The notes under the pieces: generated by a model
Database searches by the model: none
The model's input: only the letters and a program-made list of their open reading frames with translations
What the model was told of the DNA's origin: nothing
Translations under genes and position numbers: made by a program
Assembly (NCBI GenBank): GCA_965112155.1
Contig: OZ218105.1
Origin: Podarcis liolepis
Lineage: Eukaryota
Direction: 5' to 3' (one strand)
DNA length: 64,000 bases
Shown: positions 39,041 through 52,630 of the stretch, piece after piece
Layout: the number at the start of each line of letters is the position of its first letter
Numbering within the stretch: the stretch's first letter is position 1

Positions 39041-40787
39041 TTTTATCAGGCTTTTAAAGCAGTTTTTGTCACTAATGGTTTATTGGCCTCTTCAAAGTAG
39101 CGACAATTACAATTACGTAATAAAATGTAAAGGATGTTTTCGTGTAGTCATCGAAAACATGGAATCCACAGAGAATCCATTGGCAAAAAAAAACCAACAA
39201 CATTCTGGGGTGTATCTCTTCTGAATAACAGAGGCCGCAAACCAGGATCTCTGTGAGAATAAATAAATCTCCTTTAACGCAGCGCCAACCCATGGAATTA
39301 AGACTTGTGCTCGGTCACCAACCGCAGATTACCATGAGAACATGGTTAGCATCTAAAACTCACAAGGTCCAAAACAGATCAGCATTCAGAAGAGTTAAGA
39401 GTGTTTGCACAAAGCACTGACCTCCAGATTACTGCTGGAGCCAACTCTACCACTGCAGGATTAATGGTTTACAAGTCCAATTAAAATAGAGGTGTGAAGG
39501 GCGGAGAGAGGGAGATATACCCAAATATACAGTAGCAAAAACCTCAATTTTTGTTCATCCTTCAGGCCTAAAATGCAAATACTGGAAGTTTTGAGAGCAA
39601 AACCTTTTAAAGGTATGAAATATTTTCTCTTTCAAAAAGAACTGCAAAATATTTTTGTGCTTTTTCTTTCTTTCTTATGCACTCACAAATCAAGTAACAA
39701 GTCAATGTGTGAAAGAAAGCCATAGTCTAGCTTCAATCATGCAAGCCTTCTATTTTTGGACTCCCATAGGACGTTAGAAACTACAGATCCTCCAGGCAAT
39801 TTAAGGAAGAAATAGTACTTTTAGGATTTTCAGAGGTGTATTACTGAGCAGAATGCAGCAGGGTATAATTAAAAATAAGGGTTTAGGATAATGACAGTAG
39901 ATAATATTATCGCGAAAGCAGACTGCAAGTCCCACCAAATTAATGGGGCTTATTCATAGATTACTGTGTATAAGATCACTGTCTCACTACATACGATGAT
40001 ACTATTAAAGCATTTAATGTGACCTGGATAGCTGTTAATCTACAATTATTGCTACTCCTTACAGAACTTTTTATTCTTCTTCTGAGCTTTTTCTTTGCAA
40101 AAATAACGATTCAAGGAGAGATAAAATCCTTCTATTTGTTCACTAACACTGTTGATGGTTTCTATTAAAAGTTATTCTTATATTTTCCCCCCCAATCAGT
40201 AAAAAAATAAGGCCTACTTAGGAGCTTCACGACACGGAAGCTTCATGAGGCAGATATTGATCATTATTGTTTCTGGGAAAGGCAGTTAAGACTTTTAAAT
40301 GTCACCGACAATTTTACATGCCAATACATTTCAAGTTTGTGGAGAAGTTGGTTAAGATTTGCTAAGACAGTTTTGGGTGCATTTCAGGTTTCCATTTTTG
40401 TCTCCCACCCACCCAAAATCACGTCAGCATGCATTATCAAAAAAAATATTATGGCACACCCCACTCGGGACACTGAAAACTGCCAATCCTTCTAGAGGTG
40501 CTGGGGTTGAACCCAAAGACTTTCTGCATGCATGCTAGATGATATACCACTGAGCTATAGGGCCTTCCCTTAAGACTCCAAGCTATGTCATTAACAGGGT
40601 GCCGAAAGGCTGGCACCCCTCATTCTTGAGTTTAGCAACGCAGCATGTCCTAAGCGGCGTCACATCAAAACCCTACAAAATAAGAGGAGCACAGAAACAC
40701 AATTTGAGTCCTGTGCGCACAGGCAAGAAGGGAGAACAGAATGCTTTCCACTCCCAAACTGCTTTTAGAGCCATTTTTTGTCCTTTA

Positions 40788-41280
40788 CAGTGGTACCTCG
40801 GGTTAAGTACTTAATTCGTTCCAGAGAAGAAGAAGAAGAGTTTAGATTTGATATCCCGCTTTATCACTACCCGAAGAAATCTCAAAGCAGCTAGCATTCT
40901 CCTTTCCCTTCCTCCCCCACAACAAACACTCTGTGAGGTGAGTGGGGCTGAGAGACTTCAGAGAAGTGTGACTGGCCCAAGGTCACCCAGCAGCTGCATG
41001 TGGAGGAGCAGAGATGCGAACCCGGTTCACCAGATTACGAATCCACCGCTCTTAACCACTACACCACACTGGCTCCTGCCAGACCTCCCAGAGGTCTGTT
41101 CTTAACCTGAAACTGTTCTTAACCTGAAGCACCACTTTAGCTAATGGGGCCTCCTGCTACCGCCGCGCCGCCGGAGCACGATTTCTGTTCTCATCCTGAA
41201 GCAAAGTTCTTAACCCGAGGTACTATTTCTGGGTTAGCAGAGTCTGTAACCTGAAGCGTCTGTAACCCGAGGTGCCACTG
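40788..41280 (+). mobile_element. 226-bp-family Tigger-like MITE interrupted by a SINE
   Basis: TA|CAGTGGTACCTCGGGTT...GAGGTGCCACTG|TA. Confidence 0.88.
40826..41076 (-). mobile_element. tRNA-derived CORE/MIR-like squamate SINE with (TTC)n tail
   Basis: Reverse-complement head GGAGCCAGTGTGGTGTAGTGGTTAAGAGC...GGGTTCGCATCT, core GGGTGACCTTGGGCCAGTCAC. Confidence 0.85.
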
Positions 41281-41941
41281 TATATCGCTCTCATACACAC
41301 ATCATAAGGATTCAGCAGCATGCAAATCCTGAAACGTAATATGGAGAAATCACATATAAGTTACCACTGTCAAAGAGGACCCTGGGGCACACTTCACTTG
41401 GCAGGAAGTAACGTCTGCCTCTGGGTATCATTATGCAACAAGCAAGCCAACAGCAGCACAAAAGATCTGAATTCCACTTTTAACCTAGGTGGATGTCCTG
41501 TAAGCAAGACCTTATTCTGGATATCACTGGGCCAGATTTAAAGGCAATTGCCCAGGGAACCATCTGGAACACCAGGGTTGGAGGCAGGTGGGGTAGGGGG
41601 TATTAACGCAATAGCCGAAACAAAAGGTACCAACTCAATCGCTGAAACAGAATAGTACTAACTGTTCATCTTCACTGGCAGAGCTACTAGCATCACTGAC
41701 CTACAGATATTTCACTTTGTTAAAAACAATTTTCCGCAAGCAACGCAACATTAATGCCTACTTAGCAATGTGGGTCAGAGGAATTGCAATCAGGTCCATG
41801 CGTGCAAATTCATTGTTTTGTACATCAGGGATAAGTCATGCATGCAGATTGTGCATCAAAGTTGTGAAACTTGAATAGAAACGCAATAAAAAGTAAAACT
41901 ATTTAGAAGTGGAATGGATTGGGCATTCATTTGGTCTAAGG

Positions 41942-42069
41942 CAGTGTTTCCCCACTATAGTTGTTTTTGGACTACAACTCCCATCATCCCTAGCTAGCAA
42001 GACCAGTGGTCATGGGTCATGGGAATTGTAGTCCAAAAGCAGCTGAAGACCCAAGTCTGGGAAACACTG
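41942..42069. mobile_element. Palindromic hAT-like MITE (ACTACAACTCCCA family)
   Basis: CAGTGTTTCCC...GGGAAACACTG ends with internal inverted ACTACAA.TCCCA. Confidence 0.8.
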
Positions 42070-43433
42070 GTCAAATACCAGCCCAGGGATATCACATCTC
42101 CACCCCTTTACAAATCTGTTAATTACCAGGAACATGCAGACAGAAGAAATCTGTACTTTGATGTGTTCTTTTGTAGACACCTTTTTAATTCAGTGCAGCT
42201 ATAATATCTCTGAGTTTTACTACAGAAATTCAGGCCTTCTGGCATATAGTTATCTAGTCAAGTGTGGTCGCACGCATACAGCAATCTCAGTAGCTGTTAT
42301 GATGCAGGAAAGCAAAGGCATGCAACAGCCACTATCTATCATGATAATCTCTCATTCTTAACTTGGACCAAGTCTGAAGATGAACGATAATCTACTTTAA
42401 GTGCACGGCGCATCCTCATTTTACCACAGCTCTTAAGCGCCAATCATTCGTAGCCCTTGGAGGAAGCCCTCGGAAGGAGACTCTTAACAACTCTGCTTCA
42501 GGAATTTAGTTTGTGATACTCAGCTGGCTGTAACAAGATGAACTGCAAGCGCTTGTCCCAAAATATGGGTGGCAACAGGGAAACAGCTACAGCTGTTATC
42601 CCCTTTGCAGCGAGGAAAACATGGTTTCATGCCTGCATGCAAGCAAAGACACCAATGGATCGGAATGCAGGAAACATAAAACAGGTTAACGTTTCAGGAT
42701 AGGCAACAAACAAAACCTTGTATATACGCCTAGGCAGGGAGGGTTAGCGTACACTATAGTAGATGCACCCCTAAATTGTGATTATTTCTGATTAGAATTG
42801 CATTTCTTTCTCAAGCATTCAGAATTATCTACCAGCATTTTACGTAAACTGGCAACGGAATACTGGCAAAATATTCTTTGTTCAAGGGACAGAGTCTGGG
42901 AGTGACCGTACTAGATACCTAACAACAACATTAGTTGGCAACGGGGGGGGGGGGGTTAGTTTTCTCCCCCCCCCCAAGAGAAGCAGGCCTTTATAAATTT
43001 GGTTAACAAAGATAATGAGTTGTGCTGCCTACTCAGTAACTCAGCCTACAGTTTTCGTTCCACTGCCTGGCCTTTAGAGAAACGCTTGAGATATGTATTT
43101 TTGCATTTGCTTTCGAGTTATACATTAATGGAGATATTTCTTCTCACCTGCCCCCCTTAATTGCGCCCCTTCTTAAGATTGCAAGATCATTTTGTGAAGA
43201 AAACAACAACATAACATTCAGAACAAGCATCCTGCAGAACAGTGCAAGATGTTCAGTTAAACCTCATCTCTTGCAATCTGTGTGAGAACAAATATGTCAT
43301 TTAGGTTGGACACATGCTACTAAAATAGAAGAGCTGCAGTCCTTTCTGGCTTTAGTTTTCTTTTCACAGTGACCCTCTCCATGAAAAACAAGAGAAAATT
43401 TATGAATGTTCAAACATGCTCAAGCTGCATTAC

Positions 43434-43784
43434 TAAAGGTAAAGGGACCCCTGACCATTAGGTCCAGTCGTGGCCGACTCTGGGGTTGCGGCACTCATCT
43501 CGCTTTATTGGCCGAGGGAGCCGGCGTACAGCTTCCGGGTCATGTGGCCAGCATGACTAAGCCGCTTCTGGCGAACCGAGCAGCGCACATAAACGCCGTT
43601 TACCTTCCCGCTGGAGTGGTACCCATTTATCTACTTGCACTCTGACGTGCTTTCAAACTGCTAGGTTGGCAGGAGCAGGGACCGAGCAACGGGAGCTCAC
43701 CCCGTCGTGGGGATTCAAACTGCCGACCTTCTGATTGGCAAGTCCTAGGCTCTGTGGTTTAACACACAGCGCCACCCGCGTCCC
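43434..43784 (-). mobile_element. Sauria-type SINE
   Basis: Full length; 13-bp TSD TCAAGCTGCATTA. Confidence 0.93.
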
Positions 43785-44871
43785 TTCAAGCTGCATTATT
43801 TTTTTAGAAAAAAGAAAAAGACATGTTGCACATCTGATGTACTGCCACGCTTGCAGGATAACGCTGTAGCAATAAATGAACACTTATGGACACAAATACA
43901 ACGGCAGTAAGTAGAGCCAACAGACATCCCCTGACTCTGCCCTGGTTAGGAGTGAACTAGTTTGTGCAAAAGGAGTAAGAAAGGTGGACAGACCACTTTC
44001 GCAAACCAGGCACGGCAGTATCACTCACAGAACAAATTAACTCGAGTGAAGTGGCATTGATTAATATGTTCATTATTCTGAATTGCAGAAAAGCAGACTA
44101 AGTGGTCAGGAAGCCGCAAGTAATCATCCTCGCGGCAACGTAATGCATAATGGGAATTCCTATTTAGATGCAACTCACACTGCAGTCTTAATATTGTTTA
44201 CTAAACATCAGGCGTCCTCTTATTACTGAAAGATTTGTTTTCGGTACTAACAATGGAGAGAGTGTCAAGGTGAGAGAGACCTACTTTTGCTTGCCTTTGA
44301 GGAGGAAAAAAACAATGAAACCGAGAAAGGACTCAGCTTTCGGTGGGCGGGGGGGGGGGGGAGAGATCAGAAGGATCCCCCTGTTCCATCAATAATATTT
44401 ATAACAATCTAAAATATCTAAGGGAGGCAGGTTAACAAGAGGAAGGAAAGAAGGCAGGCAGGCAAAATCCTCATCAGAGCCAGCTGGACAGCTCACCCCC
44501 CTAAGAAAAAGACCAGTGACCACCTACTGCCCCGTGGGGGAGATCCTGACACCTTATGCATTGGCATAATTTAATTTTAATGTTACTTGCAAGCTACCTT
44601 GGAAGAATCTGTACCCCGAAAGGTGGGACACAATTGTAATAAAGTAAATAAAAGGCATTTCCCACCCATAACCAGCGTGGACTTTTGGTTCTTCCTCGGC
44701 CTTCAGATGAGAAGAATATGCTTTGCTCGTTTGTGATTGAGCATCTGAAGCCAATTTAAGCATTTAAAGTCCCCTGTAGGAAAGGCAGAAGATGGGCGCT
44801 GAATTTAGAGAGACTTCCATTACTGTGGCACGGATCTTGCCGAGGCGGTGGGTATTCAGTTGGCTGCACCA

Positions 44872-45741
44872 ACCGATATATCACAATGTCTGAAATAAGA
44901 ATGGAGATATGTAGAGGCATAGGCTGGCTTCATAGTCTTTCCCACATCGTGATTTTTGCATAGCGCACACGCGCACACACACTCAGGCTGGGTAAGGTAT
45001 CACTACATTATCAAAAAATTAGTTTGAAGACCACAGCATAGTAACAGTTTTATAATATTCAACATGGCAATATATTGCAAAACACGGTGAGTGTGCTATG
45101 AAAAAATTGTGATGTGGGGAAAACCGTGAAGCCAGTCATCACTTCTCTCATGAGTCCTTCTGCCCCTGTTGCTCCTCTGTACAGTTGTACCATGGAAGTT
45201 GAACGGAATCCGTTCCAGAAGTCCGTTCAACTTCCAAAGCATTTGAAAACCAAAGCGCGGCTTCCGATTGGCTGCAGGAAGCTCCTGGAGCCAATTGGAA
45301 GCCCCCTCAGATGCTAGGCTTCCAAAACAATATGTGAAAACCGGAACAGTCACTTCCAGGTTTCAACTGTTTGGGAGCCAAAACGTTCGAGAACTAGTTT
45401 GTTCAAAAACCAAGATACGACTGTACTATAAAATAACAGTTGTAACAATATGTTAGAAGTAAGTAAAAATGTTATCAGTTTAGACCCGCTAAGCAGCAGC
45501 AGTTTCCAGGACATTACCCTGCTCCACTCTACGTATACATATACATCCTTATTTCTGACATCATGATATATCGGTATATCGCAATGTTTAGCTTGTGATA
45601 TATCACAAAGTTGAAAGCCACACATTGGCTCAGCCCTAACACACATCATGATTCACGATATATTGCCAGGTCAAGAATTATGAGACCGGTATCACAACAT
45701 GGACTTCAAACCAGTTTTGGACGATATATCGTCCAGCCCTA
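44872..45741 (-). mobile_element. TAGGGCTG-family MITE (outer) split by an inverted copy of the same family (44983-45638)
   Basis: Both halves are reverse-complement colinear with 17796-18058; the inner copy is flanked by ACACACAC/ACACACAT. Confidence 0.7.
45182..45423. mobile_element. Tigger-like MITE nested in the inner copy
   Basis: TA|CAGTTGTACCATGG...CCAAGATACGACTG|TA; internal similarity to 33251-33492. Confidence 0.75.
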
Positions 45742-47568
45742 GTTGTTATCCAGGAAGAACATGATTTAAGCTCTCTCCTCAGATAATTTACCCAGTGGCT
45801 TCTTGGAGAAACACTATGTTTCCTCCCCTCAGCCTTTGCTCCACATCAGATGAAAACATTAATGAGATTACGTACATGAAGCGCTTTGGGCAACCTGTTC
45901 TATAAACCCAAAGCACTGTGGCCCAATGGCTAAGAGCATTGCCCCATGACCCCTTTCCAAATTCAAGGTGAGTCACAAGTTCAACCAGGAAAGGCTCGAC
46001 TCAGTCAAACTCACTTGACCCATATCATCATCCCCATATCATCACAGAAGGGTTCGTGAAAAGGAAACAGTAGCTGGAATGCTTAATTCCACCTACCCAA
46101 CATCCGACTGCAATTTCAAAATTAGCACAACACCGTCGTTAGTCACTTCCTGCTCAAATAATGTTGTTACATAACACAGGGGTTTAAAGCGACAACTGTT
46201 GCATCCTCTGTGAGGAAGCTGTCATTCTACACAGTTTAGATCAGATGCTGAAAAGTGTGCGCACCTTTCCGCACACTGAGGCATACGAGCCACTCACAGT
46301 GAGGAAAGGACCTTGGCTGAGGGAAAGTCCATATATTTCTACAAGCCAGAACTTCAAGCATGGCAGTCTAGCTGAACAGAAGCCCTGCCTGCAGTTCAGT
46401 CCCAAACAGGAGCCACAGCAAATTGTGTCTGGCATAGCTATACTGGTTCTTCAGGAAACCTTGGCCAAATGCTCTTCCACAAAGGTTTTTGGTACATATA
46501 TATTGCTGTGCAGAGTCGCTTTGGAACACACAATGGACAAGTTCAAAGAGCTCAGCTTCATAGGCATTTTCTATTTTAATTCTGAAATTTCATTTAGTAT
46601 ATTTCTGAAATTACACCGTGGTCCACAATGGGGCTTTCCTATTGCTGTGAACAAAGCAGGAAGTCTTTCATTGGGTATCTCATTTCATCCAAACCAGGAA
46701 ACCATAGATAATAGTTATGGAACACCACAGGGTATTAAGCCACCTTCAAAACACGTCCCCATAACCTGACTTGTTCTAAAGCTACGGTTTCCCATTAAGA
46801 CAAAACTGGGAACTTGGTTAATGGAAGACTTCCTGCTTTATTCACGTACTTACATGGGAGGGAGAAGCAAGGGGACCAGTTGCACAGGGGAAAGCTTTAT
46901 CATATCTTGCTTCTTTTTAAAGCTAAAATATGATCACCTTCTTTCTTTTGAGAATGGACAGAACCATATCACAGAACCTTTCAACAGCAAAGCCAACCCA
47001 CAATACATGATGAGATTGCCCCAGACTACAGAATGGGGTCAGGCTAATACTACAAGCAAGGCAAGACCACAGTTGTTGTTTTTGCTGGATCCTTCCTTGT
47101 GCTCCACATCTCATTTGTAGGCAGGAGGAAAGGGAAAGGAGGACACCTTGCTACTCACAAGAAGCAGGGTGTTCTTTTAAATCGCTTATAACATTCCCTC
47201 AAAAGCTCATGTGTCTATTATCTATTGTGTTCATATGCACCCCACCCTACCAACTAAAAGTTAAAATATACCACGGATACAATCCCTCTGCCCCGGCCTA
47301 AGTACAACTGTTCACACATGGCGGGGAGGGATCACCACATAGTCCAACATAAGCTCACACAACACTAGGCCACAGCTAAAGCCAATAAACAAAAGAGAAG
47401 AGTGAGCAGGAACCACATGTTCCCAAGGAAAGCATTCAATGTGCAATCCACTGCGTGCAGACAGCCAGGGGTACAAATGAACTGTGTTAAGAAAGTGTCC
47501 CCCATCACTCTTAAAGCATGCTAAGAAGGAACAAAAGAGCTGAACCATTATCCTACACGGGATACATA

Positions 47569-47794
47569 CAGTGGTACCTCAGGTTACATACGCTTCAGGT
47601 TACAGACTCTGCTAACCCAGAAATAGTGTTTCAGGTTAAGAACTTTGCTTCAGGATGAGAACAGAAATCGTGCTCCGGCGACGCAGCGGCAGCAGGAGGC
47701 CCCATTAGCCAAAGTAGTGCTTCAGGTTAAGAACAGTTTCCGGTTAAGAACGGACCTCCGGAACGAATTAAGTACTTAACCCGAGGTACCACTG
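47569..47794 (-). mobile_element. 226-bp Tigger-like MITE
   Basis: CAGTGGTACCTC TIRs, TA TSD; reverse complement of 20449-20674. Confidence 0.92.
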
Positions 47795-49523
47795 TACTTA
47801 AGTCTGGTTCATGCCATCTAAGTTATGTTTTAGATCATTGCAAAAGAGCTAAAACAAATATTGGGCTTGCACAATTCCCCTCCTCTTTCCATGTTACAAA
47901 CGGACTCCAGAAAAGCGTGGTTTGTTCTAAAGTCACCCAACAACCAAGACCTGAAACCACAGTTTGGTCCCCAATTAGTTTTTACTAACTTTGGTTAGAA
48001 TAAACCATAGCTCCCAACAATGGAATATAATGCAGAACTGCAGATGGTTCTAAAATACAAGGAAATGTTTCACACTCCTCTTATGCACAAAAGAAAGCGG
48101 ATAATCTTGCAGCCCTCTGGTTTGCTCGCAATTATCTAAAGCAGAGATTCATAACCTTTCTTGGCAAGAGTGTCATATTCACCTTTGATCAATCTTCCAG
48201 GAACCACATGCCAACCATGGGTGAGGCTACCCTCTACTCTCTCACCTACAGACAGTGATGTGGTTTCCTGGAAAAAAAGAAGTATGCATCTAACACGTTG
48301 CATGCTTATTTAGTTTTATTACATAAACAAAGTTAAAAACTTTGAAACTACCAAGCTTGCTTAATGCTGTGTTTGCAATAGGCATCTATTCATTACTCAA
48401 CAACTTGTGAAATGCAAAAATAAAGCACGGGGGTAAAATTTCACTCCACATTGCAGGGAACATGACCCTCTCCTCAGATATAACTCACTACCTTCTCCAA
48501 ACCTAGTAACCTCTCTAGATTTTTTTTTTTTGGAACTACAATTCCCATGAGCCCCAGCCAGAATGACAAATGATCAAGCATGATGGGAGTTGTTGTCCAA
48601 AACATTTGGAGAGCAGCAGCTGGGGAACACAAGTTTAGGTGAACATCTGAACTGGGTCACACAGAAACATAATTAGGGGTGTGTGATATTGTGGACTTCA
48701 AGGAAGAAGTTTGAAGAATGTCCAGATGCTAAAAAATTATAATCTTATGGGGTGGATCTAGAACACTGGCCCATTGTTTCGGAACAAAGCGGAGTGTTAC
48801 TCAAGAATGATTAGAGCAGAACTGTATTTATAAAAATATATTTGTGCAGCTCTAGAATTTTTTTAAAACCAACAACTTGGAAAGAGAGCATTTTCAGGTA
48901 ACTGTGGCCTTGCAATGCTGAATCCCATCCATATTTCCTGTTTTTTGGGGGGCGGGGCGGGGAATGAAATCCAAGGAAGTTTTTCCATTTAGCCTTTTTA
49001 AGCCAATAAGATAACACCCCTTCAAGTAAACAAAAAGCAAGCAAAAAAAAACTGGTGAGAAACTATTTGGATCAGAGATTTGAATCCTCTTTCCCTGTGT
49101 TCAGAGGGCTTTCATGTGGACGCACACCACTTGACAGATTGTATGAAGCGTCTAATGTTCTAAGTGGAACAGATGGATATTTTAATTGCAAAGAGCTCCA
49201 AGGTATATCAATACCGCCATCACCAAGAGGGTAGTTGTTACAAAACTTCCAAGTCACGGTGTCTGATGATGAAAGGCAAAAGAATTATCAGCAAGGCGGC
49301 CTTTCGGCTCTCAAAAGAAATGACTAACAGCCCAGGCAAAGTGAAACAGGACAAAACTGGCTGGAGAGATGAGGACTCTACCAATTTCCTACATGCTCCT
49401 CCAAGTATTGTATTCATTTATGGCTGAAATCCCTAAGCACACTTCCTAGGAAGTAGGTCCCAGGAGAACTTGCTTTGAAGAAAAGGCACTTCAATGGGCC
49501 AGCTAGGACTGGAGGGAGTTGTG

Positions 49524-49642
49524 CAGGCATAGGCAAACTCGGCCCTCCAGATGTTTTGGGACCACAACTCCCATCATCCATAGCTAAAAGGACCAGTGGT
49601 CAGGGATGATGGGGACTGTAGTCTCGAAACATCTGGAGGGCT
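49524..49642. mobile_element. Palindromic hAT-like MITE, right end lost
   Basis: CAGGCATAGGCAAAC...CCCTCCAGATGTTT...AAACATCTGGAGGG. Confidence 0.75.
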
Positions 49643-49691
49643 CAAGCTTGGGAGAAGCTGCTGCAGTGTCTCAGAAGATGCTCTAGGTGAG

Positions 49692-50100
49692 AAATGGAAA
49701 CAAGAAGAAATTCTGACGAAAGAAGAATGGCAGTCGAAATGAATGGACTATGCAGAATTGGACAAAATAACAGGAAGGATTTCAAACCTGCGGGACCAGA
49801 GATTTACAGAAGATTGGAAGAAGTATATTAATTATTTGAAGAGCAACTGTAATCAATAAATTACGCTAGTAGGGCTACAAGAAGTTTTGTAAGGAGAAAT
49901 ATACGAAGTGTTACAAAGTAGAAAAAGATAGAGATACTGGTTATGAGTTTGAAATGTAATAGGGAAGATAAGAAATGCATACTGAGAGATTAGATTGGAA
50001 AATCTTCAGACAGGATTGATGGAAGTCAAAAATTTGAATAAGATGTAAAAGTATGTTTAATTGCTGTTGAAAATAATATGTTAAAAAACTATATATATAA
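49692..50100 (+). mobile_element. L1-type LINE ORF2 end and 3' UTR
   Basis: KWKQEEILTKEEWQSK*MDYAELDKITGRI...FTEDWKKYINYLK; flanked by an ATGCTCTAG-containing direct repeat. Confidence 0.7.
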
Positions 50101-50774
50101 GAAAATGCTCTAGCTGAAAATGAAGACGTCTCTTCTGCAGCCCCATCTGCCTTTTCCAAGTCAAAACGAGACCAATTTCCTGCATCAAAGGGGGTTGGAC
50201 TAGATGACCCCTAGGAGTTTATGATGCCATCAAGCACAAACAGCTTTCAGGAAAACTGCTTTTGAGAAGTGTTCATGTGACAAAGCAACCAGATGGAAGC
50301 TTCTACTAGTGCAACTGACCCTGAAGTATTCAGCGTATAGAAATTTGTATGGAAGATCCATCCATGCTCCAAGCACTAAGGTAAGGTCACATTCACCTCC
50401 ATCTATTTTTTTTGGAATAATTTAAGATGGATGGGAGAAGCTAAGAGATTATCATATTTTTACGCAGAAACAGAAGTTTATAACTTGAGTTCAAGAAGCA
50501 AATATGAGTGTACACCACTCACATGGTTTCTGGTAGTAATTCTGCAAAGCCCAACCCAATTGCTCCCCCATTAAGAGTAAGAGGCTTGTAACTGAGCTAT
50601 GAATTCTTATCAAATGCTGCTCATCCACCAACAAACCAATCCAACCACAAGGCTGGTTAAAAAGTGACGGTTAAGTTAAGCTGCGGTATTTCAAACACTG
50701 CCTCTCCTTAAAGTAAAGCACAAAACCAAACACATCTCGTCTACAACACCAATACACAGTGTTAGAAACTGAAA

Positions 50775-50805
<31 letters not shown>

Positions 50806-51038
50806 CAGTCATACCTCGGGTTACAGCCGCTTCAGGTTGCATTTTTTCAGGTTACGCACCCGCTGAAACCCGGAAGTACCGGAACGGGTTACTTCCGGGT
50901 TTTGGTGGTTGTGCATGTGCGGAAGCGCTAAATTGCGCTTTGCACATGTGCAGAAGCGCTGAATCGCAACATGCGCCGCTGCAGGCTGCGAACGTGCATA
51001 CCACATGGATCACGTTCGCAACCCGAGCATCCACGCTG
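50806..51038. mobile_element. Tigger-like MITE preceded by (CT)n(TA)n
   Basis: CAGTCATACCTCGGGTT...AACCCGAGCATCCAC; homologous to 17504-17742. Confidence 0.8.
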
Positions 51039-51122
51039 TGTGTATGTGTAATTGCCAAATCATGCCTTAAACTTGGGTTAAAAATGAATGTCTAGGTGAC
51101 CTGCTTTTGTTTTGCAGTGGAC

Positions 51123-51126
51123 ATTA

Positions 51127-51170
<44 letters not shown>
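51123..51170. repeat. (ATT)n microsatellite
   Basis: Direct reading. Confidence 0.95.
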
Positions 51171-51174
<4 letters not shown>

Positions 51175-51871
51175 AGAGTTATCAAAATTGTCAAAAGTAG
51201 GGAGTCCGTGGCTTGCTTTTGGAAAATCGGTGGTCCTCAGTAATTAGCTAATTGGGAACCGCTGAACTAGATAATTAAATGTAAGGAACAGGATTCCATG
51301 CTGTTCTTCCTTGAAACCAATGGGAAGTCTTTTCAAGTTAGGTATCAATATGCATTACCACATCAGAGCTTCTGACTCTGATGTTACGCCCGCAAGGTAA
51401 CGCTTGTCAACTTCAGGAACACTTTCGGAGAACTTCCCCTACGCTGCGCGTGGAAGAGTCAAAACACCTGCACGGAAAAGAGCAGCAGCACAATTTCTGA
51501 CGGAACAAAGGTGAGGAGTGTCAAGAAGAGAATAAATGCATCAGGATGAGCAGCTGGATATTGTAGTTGAGAGCGCTCATGCTACATGAAGCAGACTTGA
51601 CATTTATTGTGACAGAGGCTTCCACGGTGCTAAAATACAGGGTACTGCTAGTGACTGCGCACTCAACGTTGGAATTTAAGAGGGCGCCTTGCCGAAAGGC
51701 TTTCTACCACACACCCAAGCATAATGCTGCAGGACAGAGAGAGAAGCAGTTAACATCTAGCAAACTTGCCTACCAGCTACCGAAAGCACAGCAGGCGGGC
51801 AGTGAGGCAGCAGCTCAATAAATACAACCCATGAAGTTGCTTGTGAAACATGAAGCTATTTCTCCCTAGGG

Positions 51872-52630
51872 CTGTGGTTTTCAACCAGTGTGCCGTGACA
51901 CCTGGAGGTGCCTGGAAGGACGGTCAGGGGTGCCGCGGGCAACACTGGCCCCTGTCCCTCTTTCTTTCCTTCCCTCCCTCCTCTGGTGCCCTCTCGTGTC
52001 CCTGCCTCCCAAAGGATTGCACGACTGTTTGTCACAGCAGCCCCAAGCTCCGCAGACGAATGGTGTCGCTGGGGCTGGCCAGGGGTGCTGGTTGCCAGGA
52101 GCTGAGGCGGCCGCCGAGTAAGCAAGTAGGTGAGGGAGCGCAGCCAGCCAGTCCTCCAGCCATTGCTGTTGGGAATGGACAGACAAATGGGAGGTCGGGT
52201 AGGCAGGTAGGCAACGCGCTAGTCTTCCTTGTGCTTGCTGTGTGCAAGGCCTGCCTGGGAGCTGAGTGCCCAGTGCTGAATGGGAACCTTTGCACCATGC
52301 AGGCCCAACACTGCCCACTGTTGCCACTGGGCCAATAAGGCTGGGGGCATCCTCTTCCCAGGCCCCTGTGGGGCAGTGTGAAGAGGCACCTCTCTGGGGA
52401 GGCAGCTCAGAGACCGGGGGGGAGTAGAACCGCCTGCCCAGAGGACACCCAAGGAGAAGGGAGAGGCGGCTGAGGGATAACTCCACAAGGGAGGGTGTTT
52501 GAAACGGGGTGAGGGGCTGCCAGCTCTGCAGGCAAGGGGTGACGTAACTGGGCTCCTGAGCCCCACAGGTGTGCCGCTGAAAGGGAGTTGGTCAAGGGAG
52601 CCGGGGACTCAAAAAGTTTGAAAATCTCCG
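51872..52630. mobile_element. GC-rich hAT(Charlie)-like non-autonomous element, degenerate
   Basis: CTGTGGTTTTCAACCAGTGTGCCG ... AAAAAGTTTGAAAATCTCCG ends; the TSD is poor. Confidence 0.55.

Noticed and set aside
46245-46769. 174-aa ORF (likewise 7468, 36398, 38116, 57387)
   Set aside because: No recognisable motifs or splice support; consistent with chance ORFs in intronic DNA
51850-52595. Cluster of 60-200 aa ORFs in a GC-rich patch
   Set aside because: Lies within a degenerate hAT-like element; no transposase or other domain motifs
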